Notes: generated by a model from the sequence alone, not told the origin. 64,000 bases of DNA from an uncultured Candidatus Saccharibacteria bacterium (GCA_965231055.1 OZ246411.1:601875-665874), one strand, 5' to 3'. Positions 25,674 through 36,743 are shown, counted from the stretch's first letter. Program-made: numbers and translations.

Positions 25674-26734
25674 ACTATAGAAACCCTAATTTTGGAGTTT
25701 TTGTAACTGTCGCAATAACTTTTGCTATAGTTGTTTTTATGGTGATTTATCTCATACGAGATTATATTAAAAACAATCCAGAGCCCAGTAGCGAGGTGGA
25801 AACTGAAATAAGTACCACTGAAAATGACACAGAAGGAGAGCAAATAATATCTACCGATCTATATGAGCTTTTACCTAAATATGAAGAAGTAGTTACTCCC
25901 AAAAAAACTGCAGAATTTAGTTATTTAGAAGCTGGAAAATATGAAAATCTAAAAATAATAGCCAAAAACGATCTAATTTTTGATGGTAATGTTGAGTTTG
26001 AAAATGTTTATCTGGAACTTGCCAACAATTCTTTAATTTTTGGAGAAAATAGTGAAGCTGTATTTAAAAAAAGTGTTATTGCGCATAGTCCAGCTTTTGA
26101 TAAAGATTCTGGTTTTATGGTAAAATCCAAAAAATTCAGTTTCTTGGAGTCAGCTGTTTTAGAATCTTTGGGATTCGGTGTTTATTTAGATGGAGCAGAT
26201 GAGGTAAATATTTCCAAATCTCAGTTTTTTGACAATAGACTCTCTGCAATTTTTGTGAAAAATGCGGGGAATATAAATATTACTGAAAATAAATTTATAA
26301 ACAACGGATGCACAGATCCTTTTTATGGAAGAAAGAGGCAGTACTGCATAAAGGACGATCAGAAATATCGCAATATTGAAATAGATTCTATTTCAGATAG
26401 CTTCACTTACAATACAAACGAAATGACCGGGTATTTATTTAGCGATGATGACGACATAGCTTTGAACATAAACAATAATAAATTTTTATATAATGGAGGA
26501 ATAGAGATAGCGGCAAGTAAGGCGACTGGTTTAATAGAGAGTAATATTATCAAAAGTGGCTCGGTGATACTTGATATAAAAAATGCACTAGGACTAAGGA
26601 TTGAGCAAAATGAAATAGGGGAAACTTTGACGTGCAAATCATCCGAATCTATTTCTCATAACTGGGCTGATGTTTTGGGACTCAATTATGTTGCCGGGAA
26701 AGAAGTTAGCGGTTACTGTTCAAAACTAGAATAA
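25670..26734 (+). CDS. Membrane-anchored right-handed parallel beta-helix (pectin-lyase-fold) repeat protein
   Basis: N-terminal TM. Repeats such as NISKSQFFDNRLSAIFVKNAGNINITENKFINNG. Confidence 0.5.
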   Translation: MNYRNPNFGVFVTVAITFAIVVFMVIYLIRDYIKNNPEPSSEVETEISTTENDTEGEQIISTDLYELLPKYEEVVTPKKTAEFSYLEAGKYENLKIIAKNDLIFDGNVEFENVYLELANNSLIFGENSEAVFKKSVIAHSPAFDKDSGFMVKSKKFSFLESAVLESLGFGVYLDGADEVNISKSQFFDNRLSAIFVKNAGNINITENKFINNGCTDPFYGRKRQYCIKDDQKYRNIEIDSISDSFTYNTNEMTGYLFSDDDDIALNINNNKFLYNGGIEIAASKATGLIESNIIKSGSVILDIKNALGLRIEQNEIGETLTCKSSESISHNWADVLGLNYVAGKEVSGYCSKLE

Positions 26735-26750
26735 TGATTAATTTTCAAAT

Positions 26751-27503
26751 ATGATTTTAAAAAATTATATAATTCCGATAGCTTTCTCTGCCATTTTGGT
26801 TTCTCTTTTTGAGTATCTAATATTCAATCCAAGATACTTATGGTGGATTATTTTTACTTGTTTTTGTGTCTTGGCTTTGCAGGTTATTATGATAGGTAAA
26901 ATTTTTGAGAAAGAAACCATAAAGCAAACTGCTCTATACTTGGTTTTGCCTGAGTTATTTATGCTTGGGATGCTACTTGCTTTCTCGTTTCTTTCGAGTG
27001 AACTTTTTCAGCACTTTTTTGTGGTGATGGCCTTTTTCCTTTTCTGGATGATGTTTTATTCCCTGGTCGAGAGGCACAAGTGGCACAAAGAAGTTTATCT
27101 ATTTCTTACCATTGTAACGTCTTTTGTTTTATTCTTCGCATTGCTTAGTTTCTTGGTGCTTACGGGGCCTAGAATGTTTTATTATATTGCATTTATGGCA
27201 TTGTGTTTGGTTTTATTCTTCCAGCTTTTTTGGTACTATAAAGTCATAGATAGAAAAAATTTGATACTGATATTTGTTGGCCCTCTTGTCCTTTTTGAGC
27301 TTTACTGGGCTGTGAGTTTTCTGCCACTAAGCTCAATGGTCGCTACTATTATTCTTTCTACTGCTTTTTATCTTTTTGCTGGACTTTCTCTTGATTTCGC
27401 CAGAAAGACCTTGGATAAAAAATCTACATTGGAATATATTTTGATTTCAGTTGGAGTGCTTTTGGCAACTCTACTTACCACTACTTGGCTTCCTATTTAT
27501 TAA
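26751..27503 (+). CDS. Polytopic membrane protein (about 7 TM)
   Basis: Hydrophobic throughout. Confidence 0.45.
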   Translation: MILKNYIIPIAFSAILVSLFEYLIFNPRYLWWIIFTCFCVLALQVIMIGKIFEKETIKQTALYLVLPELFMLGMLLAFSFLSSELFQHFFVVMAFFLFWMMFYSLVERHKWHKEVYLFLTIVTSFVLFFALLSFLVLTGPRMFYYIAFMALCLVLFFQLFWYYKVIDRKNLILIFVGPLVLFELYWAVSFLPLSSMVATIILSTAFYLFAGLSLDFARKTLDKKSTLEYILISVGVLLATLLTTTWLPIY

Positions 27504-27513
27504 AAATATTCAT

Positions 27514-28710
27514 ATGGAAAACACGACTACAACTGACGCAAACATAAAAGTAAAAACAGCAAAATACATCGCCACGACAATTATTTGTTCTGTAATTTTT
27601 GGTGGAATTGGTGGTATTGTAGCAGGTTCGCTAATCTTTCCTTGGATGGGTAAAACTTTTCCAGTACTTCAGCGATTTCAAGTTTTTCAAGGTGGGGCAG
27701 AAGTGCAGATGATAGAAAAAACCCAGAAACAAGTACTCAAAGAATCAGATGCGGTGATCGAATCTGTAAAATCGGTCCAGCCATCTGTCGTGAGTATTAT
27801 GAAAACAAAAGATGTAACAGATTTTTTTGGTAGAACTTACGAAAGTACAAGTGGTGGCACAGGATTTATTGTGACTAGTGATGGATTGATAATTACCAAT
27901 AGCCATGTGGTAGCTGAAAATGACGCAGAGTACACGGTAATAACGGATAGTGGAGACAACTACAAGGCTCAGATCAAGGCTATCGACTCTACCAATGACT
28001 TGGCGATAATAAAAATCGAAGCGGACAATCTTCCCGTGGCATCTCTTGGATATTCTGACACAGTAGATGTAGGACAACAGGTGATAGCCATAGGTAATGC
28101 TCTTGGTGAATACTCAAATACGGTTACTTCAGGAATAATAAGTGGAATCAATAGAACAATTACCGCTGGTACTTACGGTTCCTTGAATTACGAAACATTG
28201 GAAGGCGTTATTCAAACTGACGCAGCAATAAACTACGGAAATAGTGGTGGCCCATTGGTTGATCTCGCTGGAAATGTAATAGGTGTAAATACTGCGATTG
28301 ATAGCAATGGTGCGCTCATAGCTTTCGCTATACCAGTTGGAAAAGTAAGAATAGCCCTAGAGAGCTATGTGGATTCAGGACAAATAGTAAAACCAATGAT
28401 CGGAGTAAGATATATAAACATCACTCCAGATTTTGCAAAATTCAATAATCTACCAGTAGAATACGGAGCCCTTGTCTATTCAGCAGATAGCGCCACGCTA
28501 TTACCGGTTGTGCCAGGGGGACCTGCAGATAAGGCAGGAATAAAAACTGGAGATATTATCACCAAAATCAATGGCGATGCTGTGGCTAAGGGCAAATCAC
28601 TCGCATCCATGATAGATAAATTTAAACCAGGAGATAAAATAGAAGTTACATTCCTTCGCGATAAAAGCGAGGCGACGGTTACTGTTACATTGGATACATT
28701 AAAACAATAA
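27514..28710 (+). CDS. htrA: HtrA/DegP-family serine protease with a C-terminal PDZ domain (corrected start)
   Basis: The catalytic triad lies in ITNSHVV, DLAIIK and GNSGGPL. PDZ region GALVYSADSATLLPVVPGGPADKAGIKTGDIITKINGD. MENTTT at 27514 follows the stop of the preceding gene at 27503. Confidence 0.85.
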   Translation: MENTTTTDANIKVKTAKYIATTIICSVIFGGIGGIVAGSLIFPWMGKTFPVLQRFQVFQGGAEVQMIEKTQKQVLKESDAVIESVKSVQPSVVSIMKTKDVTDFFGRTYESTSGGTGFIVTSDGLIITNSHVVAENDAEYTVITDSGDNYKAQIKAIDSTNDLAIIKIEADNLPVASLGYSDTVDVGQQVIAIGNALGEYSNTVTSGIISGINRTITAGTYGSLNYETLEGVIQTDAAINYGNSGGPLVDLAGNVIGVNTAIDSNGALIAFAIPVGKVRIALESYVDSGQIVKPMIGVRYINITPDFAKFNNLPVEYGALVYSADSATLLPVVPGGPADKAGIKTGDIITKINGDAVAKGKSLASMIDKFKPGDKIEVTFLRDKSEATVTVTLDTLKQ

Positions 28711-28714
28711 AATA

Positions 28715-30031
28715 ATGATAAAAACAAACACAAAAATACTTCTGACACTTGCTGTAACTTGCATTGCATTTGCATTTCCAATGTTTTCCAAGGCAGTGGA
28801 TGTGAATTATATTTTATCTGATTATGATTTGGTCAAGCAATCAATGACACGCAGTGAAATTCAGAATTTTCTAAATGCTTACGATAGCTGTCTCGCTGAT
28901 TACTCTGCCAATGGACACTCGGCAGCTTGGATGATCTATAATTATTCCAAAATTCACAGTATCAATCCCCAAGTGGCCCTAGCGACTCTACAAAAAGAAC
29001 AAAGCTTGATCACAAGTACGAGCTGTAGTGCTAGCAGACTTGCATGGGCGATGGGATGGGGAGATAGGAGTAATTTTGCAAATCAAATAGAGATGGGTAT
29101 TAGACAATTTAGACGCTACCTGAGTTATCCTGAAAACTATACCTTTCAAGTGGGTAAGACCAGTACGGTTGACGGATCCGTGAAAGTGAAACCAGATAAC
29201 GCCGCAACTGCTGGACAATACAACTACACACCACATGTTCACGGAACTCAGCTATTTAAAACTATTTACAATGACTGGTTTGCAGCAAATCTTCCTGAAG
29301 GAATGATAGTAAAGAAAAAAGGTGCCGAGAGATACTATAGAATCCTTCCTGATGGTGAGAAACAGCCAATAAAGAATTATCAAGTAGCTTCCTCGTATGT
29401 TGATTCTAGAAATATAGTAGAGCTTACCTCTGTTCAACTTGCGAATTATGAGACCACTACAAATTATCTGCCTTTTCCTGATGGTGTCCCGATGCTTGCG
29501 AAATGGGGAACTTTTTATGTTACCCAAAACGGTATGAGACACGGGGTGCCAAGTCCGGAAATAAGAAGCATGATGGGGTATAGGACTGAAGATGCTTTGA
29601 AAGTTGATAATAGTGGTGTTATCGTACAACACCCAGAAGGCAATGCGTTTACCAGTAAAAAGCTTTATGTGAATGGTACCTTACTTCGAGCCGAGGGTGA
29701 ATCAGGTGTATGGTATATAAATGAAACTACGAAAAAAAGATACGCTTTTTGGTCGCCACAACTCAGGGATCATTATGGTATAAATCACACCGTAGTGGTA
29801 GTAAAAAGAAGCGTAATAGATAAATATAAATTCGTTGCTTCAAATCCGATGAAATACCGACCAGGAAATTTGGTAGGGCATGACGGACAAGTGTTTTTTA
29901 TTGATTACTATGGCAAGAGAAGGCCGATTACTAATAGGGAAACACTGGATAGCCTAGGGTTTGATATCAATGCCGTAAATTGGGAGAATGAAGATGTTTT
30001 GAAGCTCCATCCGCTAGGAGAAGCGATATAA
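28715..30031 (+). CDS. Secreted protein, possibly with an N-terminal glucosaminidase-like (GH73/FlgJ-like) peptidoglycan hydrolase domain
   Basis: Signal peptide. The segment QVALATLQKEQSLITS...LAWAMGWGD resembles the glucosaminidase motif. This is a weak call. Confidence 0.35.
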   Translation: MIKTNTKILLTLAVTCIAFAFPMFSKAVDVNYILSDYDLVKQSMTRSEIQNFLNAYDSCLADYSANGHSAAWMIYNYSKIHSINPQVALATLQKEQSLITSTSCSASRLAWAMGWGDRSNFANQIEMGIRQFRRYLSYPENYTFQVGKTSTVDGSVKVKPDNAATAGQYNYTPHVHGTQLFKTIYNDWFAANLPEGMIVKKKGAERYYRILPDGEKQPIKNYQVASSYVDSRNIVELTSVQLANYETTTNYLPFPDGVPMLAKWGTFYVTQNGMRHGVPSPEIRSMMGYRTEDALKVDNSGVIVQHPEGNAFTSKKLYVNGTLLRAEGESGVWYINETTKKRYAFWSPQLRDHYGINHTVVVVKRSVIDKYKFVASNPMKYRPGNLVGHDGQVFFIDYYGKRRPITNRETLDSLGFDINAVNWENEDVLKLHPLGEAI

Positions 30032-30044
30032 TATAGATGCATAA

Positions 30045-30112
30045 ACAAAAACTACTCGTATTTTGCTCATCTCATCACTAGGTGGTGGTAGAAGCAGGCG
30101 AGTAGTTTTTTT
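30045..30112. terminator. Bidirectional terminator (long hairpin)
   Basis: AAAAACTACTCG ... CGAGTAGTTTTT form 12-bp arms with a T-tail. Confidence 0.5.
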
Positions 30113-30117
30113 GTATT

Positions 30118-33105
30118 CTATTCTTCTATGATCTTTATTCCCTTTATATAAATCTGATCTTCTAAGGGACTATTTTGCTGTATCGTGAGGGTGTGTATTC
30201 CTGGATCAAGATTTGGAAGTGTGAATTCTACATCTTTTTGATTTTGGTCAATTTTTTCAAACGCAGAAAGTTCATTTAGATTAATTTGAATAGTAGATTC
30301 GTTTTGGCAATTCACCGAAAATAGTATTTTATATTTTTTGTTGGGATTTGTATTTGAGTAAATTAGTTTGATTTCTCCGACTCCTTCAATTGGAGCATAA
30401 GGATTATCTGACCCCGGAGATTCTAATCTGCCCCAGCCATCCGAGGTTATAGCCATAATACCACTATTTTGCTGGTTTAATTCAAGTATTTTATAGCTCT
30501 CATCGTCTCTTGTGATATTGCATCCGAGGTTTTTGCAGATATAATCTGAAAGAAGTTTGGTTTCCTCTGGGTAAGCTACATTTTTATCAAATACGAAATA
30601 TTTAATTCCAAGGCTTGTCAGGAGTGCCGTTTCGTTTGAATAGGCGAATTGCTTATTCAAGATGAAGTAGTCCCAATTAAGTCGCTTTTCCAGGCCTTCA
30701 TCTATAAAATACCAGTGTCTAATCATGGGATATCTCAGTGCCAGATCTTTTTTGTCATTGATAAATCCAGAAAGATCAAAAATAGAAGCATTTAGTTCTC
30801 TGAGAACTGCGTTTTCAGTGTTTGGCAGTAGTGCTTGTTTGTAGAATAATGCTTTATCATTTCGTTCTGAAAAAGTAAATTTATCACGATCAATAGATTT
30901 ATTGAAGAAGTACTTAATATCCTTTAGAACAATTGATCCATCACTTTGACCCTGTATTTCTGAATTTTTGGCAGCTAGGTCTAGTACTATTTCACTTTCT
31001 CCTTGATTAGTGAGAATTTGAGGAATTTGGACTACTATTTCTTTTTCTCCGATTTGATACTTTCCAATTTCTTGGTCGTTGTATTTGAGGGTAAATTCGC
31101 GGAAAAAATTAGTAGAATAAGGATCGTCTTTTTCTAGTCTAAATCTTAATTCAGCAGTTAGATATAAAGAAGCATTGGATGAATTTTTTATCACGATGCT
31201 TGCTTTTTCATCTGTGATTTTTTGTAAGTCTTCGTCTATTCTCTCAAATCCACCCCCTAGTCTTATATAGTTAGCGTTTTCATTGTTTGCGAATTCAGGT
31301 GTTTTATATACTGTAATATTCGGTTCTTCGTAGTAAATTTCACACCCAGTTTTTTCTAGGTAACGTTTTAATCTAGATAAATCTTTTGGTAGATTTCCAA
31401 AGTAGTCTTCGTGGACAATGATGTATCTAAGGTTCTGTTCGGCGAAAATAGCGGGGGCAATATTTGGTATATCGTGATTTACCATATCTTCAAGTCTTCC
31501 TTGTGGAATATCATAAAGTATATCTCCAAGTATCGGCATATTTTCAAGCCAAGTCCAATTGGTTTTACCCTCCCTCGCGAAGTCTCTATTGCTGATGGTT
31601 TTATGATCGTGAAAGGTGTTGTAGTAAAGAAATCTAGAGGCTGAGCTATATTTATAATTTCCTGGGATTTGGGCTATTGTAAAATCTTCATCGTCATTTG
31701 CCAAAACTTTAGAATAGAATTCGGGTACTTCCATTTTTGACATAGGAATTTGGAAGTAACCAAACTCCAAGCAAGCGACAAGTAAAACTGATACAAAGAT
31801 GGGATAATAAAATTTGGGTTTCAGTTTTTGTTTGGCAAGCGACAAGAGCAGTCCAGCGACCATTGAAAATCCCAAAATCCCCACGATAGCAAATCTCGAA
31901 ACTGTTCGGACTATATCCGCGTAAGGAATATACTGATATACGAGGAGATAGGGTAGTGGAATGAATCTAAGTTCTTGATCAATAAACTTGGCGACGGGGC
32001 CAAAAGAAAGCACGAGAAAAACGATCCCCATATAGATCCACACTCTTTGTTTGTTTTCGGTTATATGTTTTGAGAAAACAAAAAACAAAACAATGGATGC
32101 AATCATTACTATGCCCAAATAGCCCCTATAATCATCAAAAAGTTCCGGCAATGATTCAGACGCTTTTAGTGCAGTTGTAAGAGTTTTACCTAGTATTAGG
32201 CTGTATTCCGGAGCTAAAACAGGGGAAATAAGGTCGCTAGAGTATTTGATTACTTGGCTAATGCCTGGATCCAAATAGTTTTCTTCCGAGTTGGCTACCT
32301 TCAAAGAACCGACATGAAAGAGTGCGACTATTGATGCAGCTGATAGTGCTATAACAATAAACTGAGTCCACGTGCGTTTTGAAAAAAGTATTTTTTTGTT
32401 TGCGATATAATAAAGGAGAAAGAAACCGGCAATTACGAAAGCGAAATACGTAAGATGGTGTTCGGTCTTGGCAGTTACCGCAAAAACCATGATAAGCGGA
32501 ATCATTTTTTTCCACTCCATTTTTTCTAAATATCTCATCAGAAATAGAACAAAAAAAGCCAGTATTCCATAAAACATGGTGCCCCTGTGTCCGTTGTGCA
32601 GAAAATGAAAAGGAACCATTGCAAACAAAAAGGCTGTGAGGAATGCTGAAATGTGATTTTTGGTTATATAGTGCTGGAGTAAGTATCCACCAACAAAGGC
32701 GAGCAAGAAGCTTAGAAAAAACCAAATATTATACGAAAGTGCCTCGTTACCTGTCCATATCTCAAGTATCGCAAGTGAAGTTGTAGGTAAATCTTGATTC
32801 CATGCGAACTGCAAAAAGTTTTGTTCTCCGGTCAATATGGTTTTATATCTACCCAAAAATTGATAAACATCAGGATTCAAAAGTGGAAACTCACTCGTCA
32901 TTTTGCTGACAAGGGGAGTTGTAAGTAAAACAAAGAGTACTATAAAAATAGCGCATGAAATTAAAAAACCCATCCAAAATTTGATCGGTTTTTTCCCGGT
33001 TATTTTGTGAGAATCCATTTTTGTAGGACTAGTCTTTGGCTGTAACTCAGTTCGCTTGATTTGGTTTTTGAGAGAAATATCAAGTATTTTTGTGTGTGTT
33101 TTCAT
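30118..33105 (-). CDS. Large (995 aa) polytopic membrane protein with a ~550-aa C-terminal extracytoplasmic domain. Possibly a YfhO/GT-C-like glycan-modifying enzyme.
   Basis: More than 12 TM helices in the first 440 aa followed by a soluble domain. The family call rests on architecture only. Confidence 0.35.
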   Translation of the reverse strand: MKTHTKILDISLKNQIKRTELQPKTSPTKMDSHKITGKKPIKFWMGFLISCAIFIVLFVLLTTPLVSKMTSEFPLLNPDVYQFLGRYKTILTGEQNFLQFAWNQDLPTTSLAILEIWTGNEALSYNIWFFLSFLLAFVGGYLLQHYITKNHISAFLTAFLFAMVPFHFLHNGHRGTMFYGILAFFVLFLMRYLEKMEWKKMIPLIMVFAVTAKTEHHLTYFAFVIAGFFLLYYIANKKILFSKRTWTQFIVIALSAASIVALFHVGSLKVANSEENYLDPGISQVIKYSSDLISPVLAPEYSLILGKTLTTALKASESLPELFDDYRGYLGIVMIASIVLFFVFSKHITENKQRVWIYMGIVFLVLSFGPVAKFIDQELRFIPLPYLLVYQYIPYADIVRTVSRFAIVGILGFSMVAGLLLSLAKQKLKPKFYYPIFVSVLLVACLEFGYFQIPMSKMEVPEFYSKVLANDDEDFTIAQIPGNYKYSSASRFLYYNTFHDHKTISNRDFAREGKTNWTWLENMPILGDILYDIPQGRLEDMVNHDIPNIAPAIFAEQNLRYIIVHEDYFGNLPKDLSRLKRYLEKTGCEIYYEEPNITVYKTPEFANNENANYIRLGGGFERIDEDLQKITDEKASIVIKNSSNASLYLTAELRFRLEKDDPYSTNFFREFTLKYNDQEIGKYQIGEKEIVVQIPQILTNQGESEIVLDLAAKNSEIQGQSDGSIVLKDIKYFFNKSIDRDKFTFSERNDKALFYKQALLPNTENAVLRELNASIFDLSGFINDKKDLALRYPMIRHWYFIDEGLEKRLNWDYFILNKQFAYSNETALLTSLGIKYFVFDKNVAYPEETKLLSDYICKNLGCNITRDDESYKILELNQQNSGIMAITSDGWGRLESPGSDNPYAPIEGVGEIKLIYSNTNPNKKYKILFSVNCQNESTIQINLNELSAFEKIDQNQKDVEFTLPNLDPGIHTLTIQQNSPLEDQIYIKGIKIIEE

Positions 33106-33197
33106 TTTTGACAGATAGTGGTTTTTGAAGTAAAATCATAGCATAACTTTCCGCAATAATACCACAAAAACAAAGCGTTATCAAATAAACCAAGGCA

Positions 33198-34337
33198 TTG
33201 AAAATCCTTTTTTTAAATTATGAATTTCCACCTCTTGGAGGGGGAGCGGCGAACGCCACTTTGAATATTCTCAAGGAGCTAGGAAAAAGAGAGGATTTGG
33301 AAATTGATCTCGTTACTTCCTCAACTGACAAATATAAGGAAGAGCAGTTTACTCCAAATATAAAAATCTATTATTTAGACATAGGCAAAGCTGGAAATAT
33401 TCATTTTCAATCTCAGAAAGAACTTGTGAAGTACGCTTTCAAGGCTTTTAGATTTGCAAAAAAACTCAAAAAAACCAAAAACTACGATTTGGCACATGCT
33501 TTTTTTGGAGTTCCATGTGGTTTCGTTGCAATGCTTTTGAAAATCCCATATATTGCATCTCTACGAGGTACTGACGTACCTTTTTACAATGAAAGATTTA
33601 AAGTTTTGGATAAGCTGATTTTCAGGTGGCTTAATAAGAATTTTGTTTGGAAACGCGCTCAAACGGTAGTTACTAATTCAGAAGGATTAAAAAATCTAGC
33701 GCTCAGGTCTAGTCCTGGTCAGAAAATCGGTGTAATATATAACGGCGTAGACACGGGTAAATTCCATCCAGATGAAGCGATGAAAAACAAAGATTTTACC
33801 ATTCTATATAATTCTAGATTCATAGAACGCAAGGGAATCCGATATTTGATTGATGCTTTTATAAAATTCAACGGAAAGTATTCTGAATCTAGGCTTCTTA
33901 CTATTTCATCTGGAAATTTGGAAGAAGAAATGAAACAAAGGGTTAAAGAGGCGGGAATTAGTGATGCAGTGGAATTTCATGGAGCGTTAAGCCCCAAAAC
34001 CAATGAAATAGCTGAAATATACCGAAAATGTCATGTTTTTGTATTGCCTTCCTCAAATGAGGGCATGAGTAATTCACTTTTGGAGGCGCTAGCTACAGGT
34101 ATGCCCATTATCGCGACAGATACAGGCGGAACCCAGGAACTAGTGGGTAGTGATAACGGCATAATCATACCGATGCATAGCTCAAAGGCGATTTTTGAGG
34201 CGTTAGAACGACTTTATAAGGATCAAGGACGGATGAGTGATATGGGCAAAAAAAGCAGGGAAAGGGCCGAGAAAATGAGCTGGGCCACTACTGCTGAACA
34301 GTATTATCAAATTTATAAAAAGCATGAAAACTGTTAA
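33198..34337 (+). CDS. GT4-family glycosyltransferase (TTG start)
   Basis: MKILFLNYEFPPLGGGA N-terminus. The segment EGMSNSLLEALATGMPIIATDTGG contains the EX7E motif. Confidence 0.8.
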   Translation: MKILFLNYEFPPLGGGAANATLNILKELGKREDLEIDLVTSSTDKYKEEQFTPNIKIYYLDIGKAGNIHFQSQKELVKYAFKAFRFAKKLKKTKNYDLAHAFFGVPCGFVAMLLKIPYIASLRGTDVPFYNERFKVLDKLIFRWLNKNFVWKRAQTVVTNSEGLKNLALRSSPGQKIGVIYNGVDTGKFHPDEAMKNKDFTILYNSRFIERKGIRYLIDAFIKFNGKYSESRLLTISSGNLEEEMKQRVKEAGISDAVEFHGALSPKTNEIAEIYRKCHVFVLPSSNEGMSNSLLEALATGMPIIATDTGGTQELVGSDNGIIIPMHSSKAIFEALERLYKDQGRMSDMGKKSRERAEKMSWATTAEQYYQIYKKHENC

Positions 34338-35628
34338 TGAACTCATACTAAGAGTGCTTGCCAAGATTCAGAGCAGAAAGGTTTTTGAAAATCTCGATCT
34401 TATCGAGAATGTTTTTGAATCTGGCAAAGATAATATGAAAAAGTTTCAGGACGATGCCTTGAGAGAATTACTTATTCACGCATATAAAAGTGTCCCGTAT
34501 TATTCAAAAGTATTAAAAGAGTGTGGAGTGATCTCGGGGGATCTGAGCGTGAATTTGTCTAAATTTGAAAAAATTCCAGTATTAACCAAGGAGGTTATTC
34601 GTCGAGAAGGTAAAAACTTACAATCCAAAGATATTGAAAAAAGAGGTGCCTATAAAAATACTTCTGGTGGATCTACTGGTGAGCCAGTAGAGTTTTGGCA
34701 GGACAAAAATTATGATGATTGGAATAATGCAACCAAGCTATTTTATTTCAATAGGCTTTTGGGAAAAAAGATAGGGGAAAGAGAGATTAAGCTTTGGGGT
34801 TCCGATAGAGATATTATTCAGGGTAATTTAGCTTTTAAGGATAGAGTGTTAAACAAACTTTACAATCGCAAATTTTTTAATTGCTACAATTTTGGTGAAA
34901 AAGATATTAAGGAACTAATAAAACTGAATAACACATTTAAACCGGCGGCATACTGGTCTTACATGGAAGCTGCTGATGAGTTTTCGAAATATTTAATAAA
35001 AAATAACATCCAAACTCATCACCCAAGATTCATTGTTTCATCCATAGGGCCATTATATGAAAAAACGAGACAGAATATCGAACAAGCTCTTGGATGTAAA
35101 GTTTATGATCAATATGGATCTAGGGAAGTAGGTATTATTGCTGGTGAAAATCCAAAATCAGATGGAATGATGTATTTTTCGTGGTACAACAAAGTTGAAG
35201 TATCCCCTTATCCAGAGGGCAACGCTATAATTACAAATCTTAGAAATTACTCTATGCCACTAATAAGATACGATCTAGGTGATGTGGTTTTGGCAAAAGA
35301 TGAGTCGAGTCTAAAAAAAGTTATGGGAAGGACATTGGGGTACTTTAAAAAGGCTGACGGTTCTCTTGTTAGCACGCATTTTACCGTTCAGGCTCTGTTT
35401 TTTAAGGATTGGATAAAACAGTTTCAGTTGATTCAAGAAAAACTCAACGAAGTAATATTAAAAATAGAAATAAAAGAGGGGTTTGGTAAAAATGATGACG
35501 ATATGAAGGAAATTAGCGATAAAAATAAAATACTTTTTGGAAATGAGTGTGAGACAAAATTTGTTTTTGTAGATAAAATTCTTCCTTCAAAAAGCGGGAA
35601 GTACATATACACAGTATGCAAAATTTGA
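34324..35628 (+). CDS. CapK/PaaK-like adenylate-forming enzyme (phenylacetate-CoA ligase / F390 synthetase family)
   Basis: Adenylation motif YKNTSGGSTGEP. The later segment YDQYGSREVG fits the family. Confidence 0.7.
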   Translation: MKTVNELILRVLAKIQSRKVFENLDLIENVFESGKDNMKKFQDDALRELLIHAYKSVPYYSKVLKECGVISGDLSVNLSKFEKIPVLTKEVIRREGKNLQSKDIEKRGAYKNTSGGSTGEPVEFWQDKNYDDWNNATKLFYFNRLLGKKIGEREIKLWGSDRDIIQGNLAFKDRVLNKLYNRKFFNCYNFGEKDIKELIKLNNTFKPAAYWSYMEAADEFSKYLIKNNIQTHHPRFIVSSIGPLYEKTRQNIEQALGCKVYDQYGSREVGIIAGENPKSDGMMYFSWYNKVEVSPYPEGNAIITNLRNYSMPLIRYDLGDVVLAKDESSLKKVMGRTLGYFKKADGSLVSTHFTVQALFFKDWIKQFQLIQEKLNEVILKIEIKEGFGKNDDDMKEISDKNKILFGNECETKFVFVDKILPSKSGKYIYTVCKI

Positions 35629-36743
35629 AAAATATCAAAAAAAAACATATTTGTTTTATTTGTCCAAAGGCATATCCACTTTTTAATTCTAAAATTTCTT
35701 CAACTTTCGGCGGAGCAGAGGTCCAGATGAGTATGCTTGCGCGTGAACTAGCTAGGGATTCTAGTTATAAGGTCTCTATTCTGGTCGGTGATTATGGACA
35801 AAATAAACATGAAACTATCGATAATGTAATGTTGATAAAATCATTTTATTTTAAAAAAAATATATTAGCCTTTATTGCACGTGCTTTTTCTGAAATGCTT
35901 AAGGTCGGGGCCGATTGCTATATACAACGCTCAATGACAAATTATACATTCTTGCTGGCGTTGATTTGTAAGATATATAGACGTGGTTTTGTTTACATGG
36001 TAGCTCATAACAACGAAGTTGATGGTGGTAAAACAGTGAGGCGTAGTAAAATATCAACGATTTTGTCGTGGCTGGTTTTTAAAACGTCCTCGGCTGTTAT
36101 TACTCAGAATCATTATCAGCACGACAAGGTTAGTCGTGTAACGAAACGTGCATATGCTATTAAGTCAGGATACAGAATAAAAGACAATGTATTAAATCAT
36201 GATCGCAAGCATTTTTTGTGGGTTGGTAGGAGTGAAAAATGGAAACGACCAGAGGTTTTTATTACTCTTGCGAGAAAGTTTAATAAAAATAAATTTGTTA
36301 TGATATGTCCTCGTGCAACCAGAGCATCACATATCTCCGATGATGTTAAGAAACTAGCAAGCAACGTGCCCAATGTTGAGTTTCTAGATTTTGTACCTTT
36401 TGACAAAATCGGAAAATATTTCGAAGATGCGATCGCATACATAAACACCTCTACGCAAGAGGGGTTCCCAAATACGTTTATTCAGTCCATGATCGCTGGT
36501 ACTCCCATAGTTAGTTTAGCTGTAAATCCGGACAATTTTTTTGCTAAAAGCGGAGCGGGTATTTTTTGTTCTAACGAGATTTCAAAAATGATTCAAGGCG
36601 TTAAACAAGTCAGTGAATCTAAGATAATCTTTAGTAATTTCAGCGGTAATGCTAGTAAATACGCAAAAGAAAATCATGATATGTCTAAGATAATAGAGCA
36701 ATTTAAAAAAGTAATTTTAAAACATGCGATACCTTCTTCTTAA
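35616..36743 (+). CDS. GT4-like glycosyltransferase
   Basis: The segment EGFPNTFIQSMIAGTPIVS resembles the GT-B C-terminal domain. The N-terminal half resembles the acceptor domain. Confidence 0.6.
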   Translation: MQNLKNIKKKHICFICPKAYPLFNSKISSTFGGAEVQMSMLARELARDSSYKVSILVGDYGQNKHETIDNVMLIKSFYFKKNILAFIARAFSEMLKVGADCYIQRSMTNYTFLLALICKIYRRGFVYMVAHNNEVDGGKTVRRSKISTILSWLVFKTSSAVITQNHYQHDKVSRVTKRAYAIKSGYRIKDNVLNHDRKHFLWVGRSEKWKRPEVFITLARKFNKNKFVMICPRATRASHISDDVKKLASNVPNVEFLDFVPFDKIGKYFEDAIAYINTSTQEGFPNTFIQSMIAGTPIVSLAVNPDNFFAKSGAGIFCSNEISKMIQGVKQVSESKIIFSNFSGNASKYAKENHDMSKIIEQFKKVILKHAIPSS

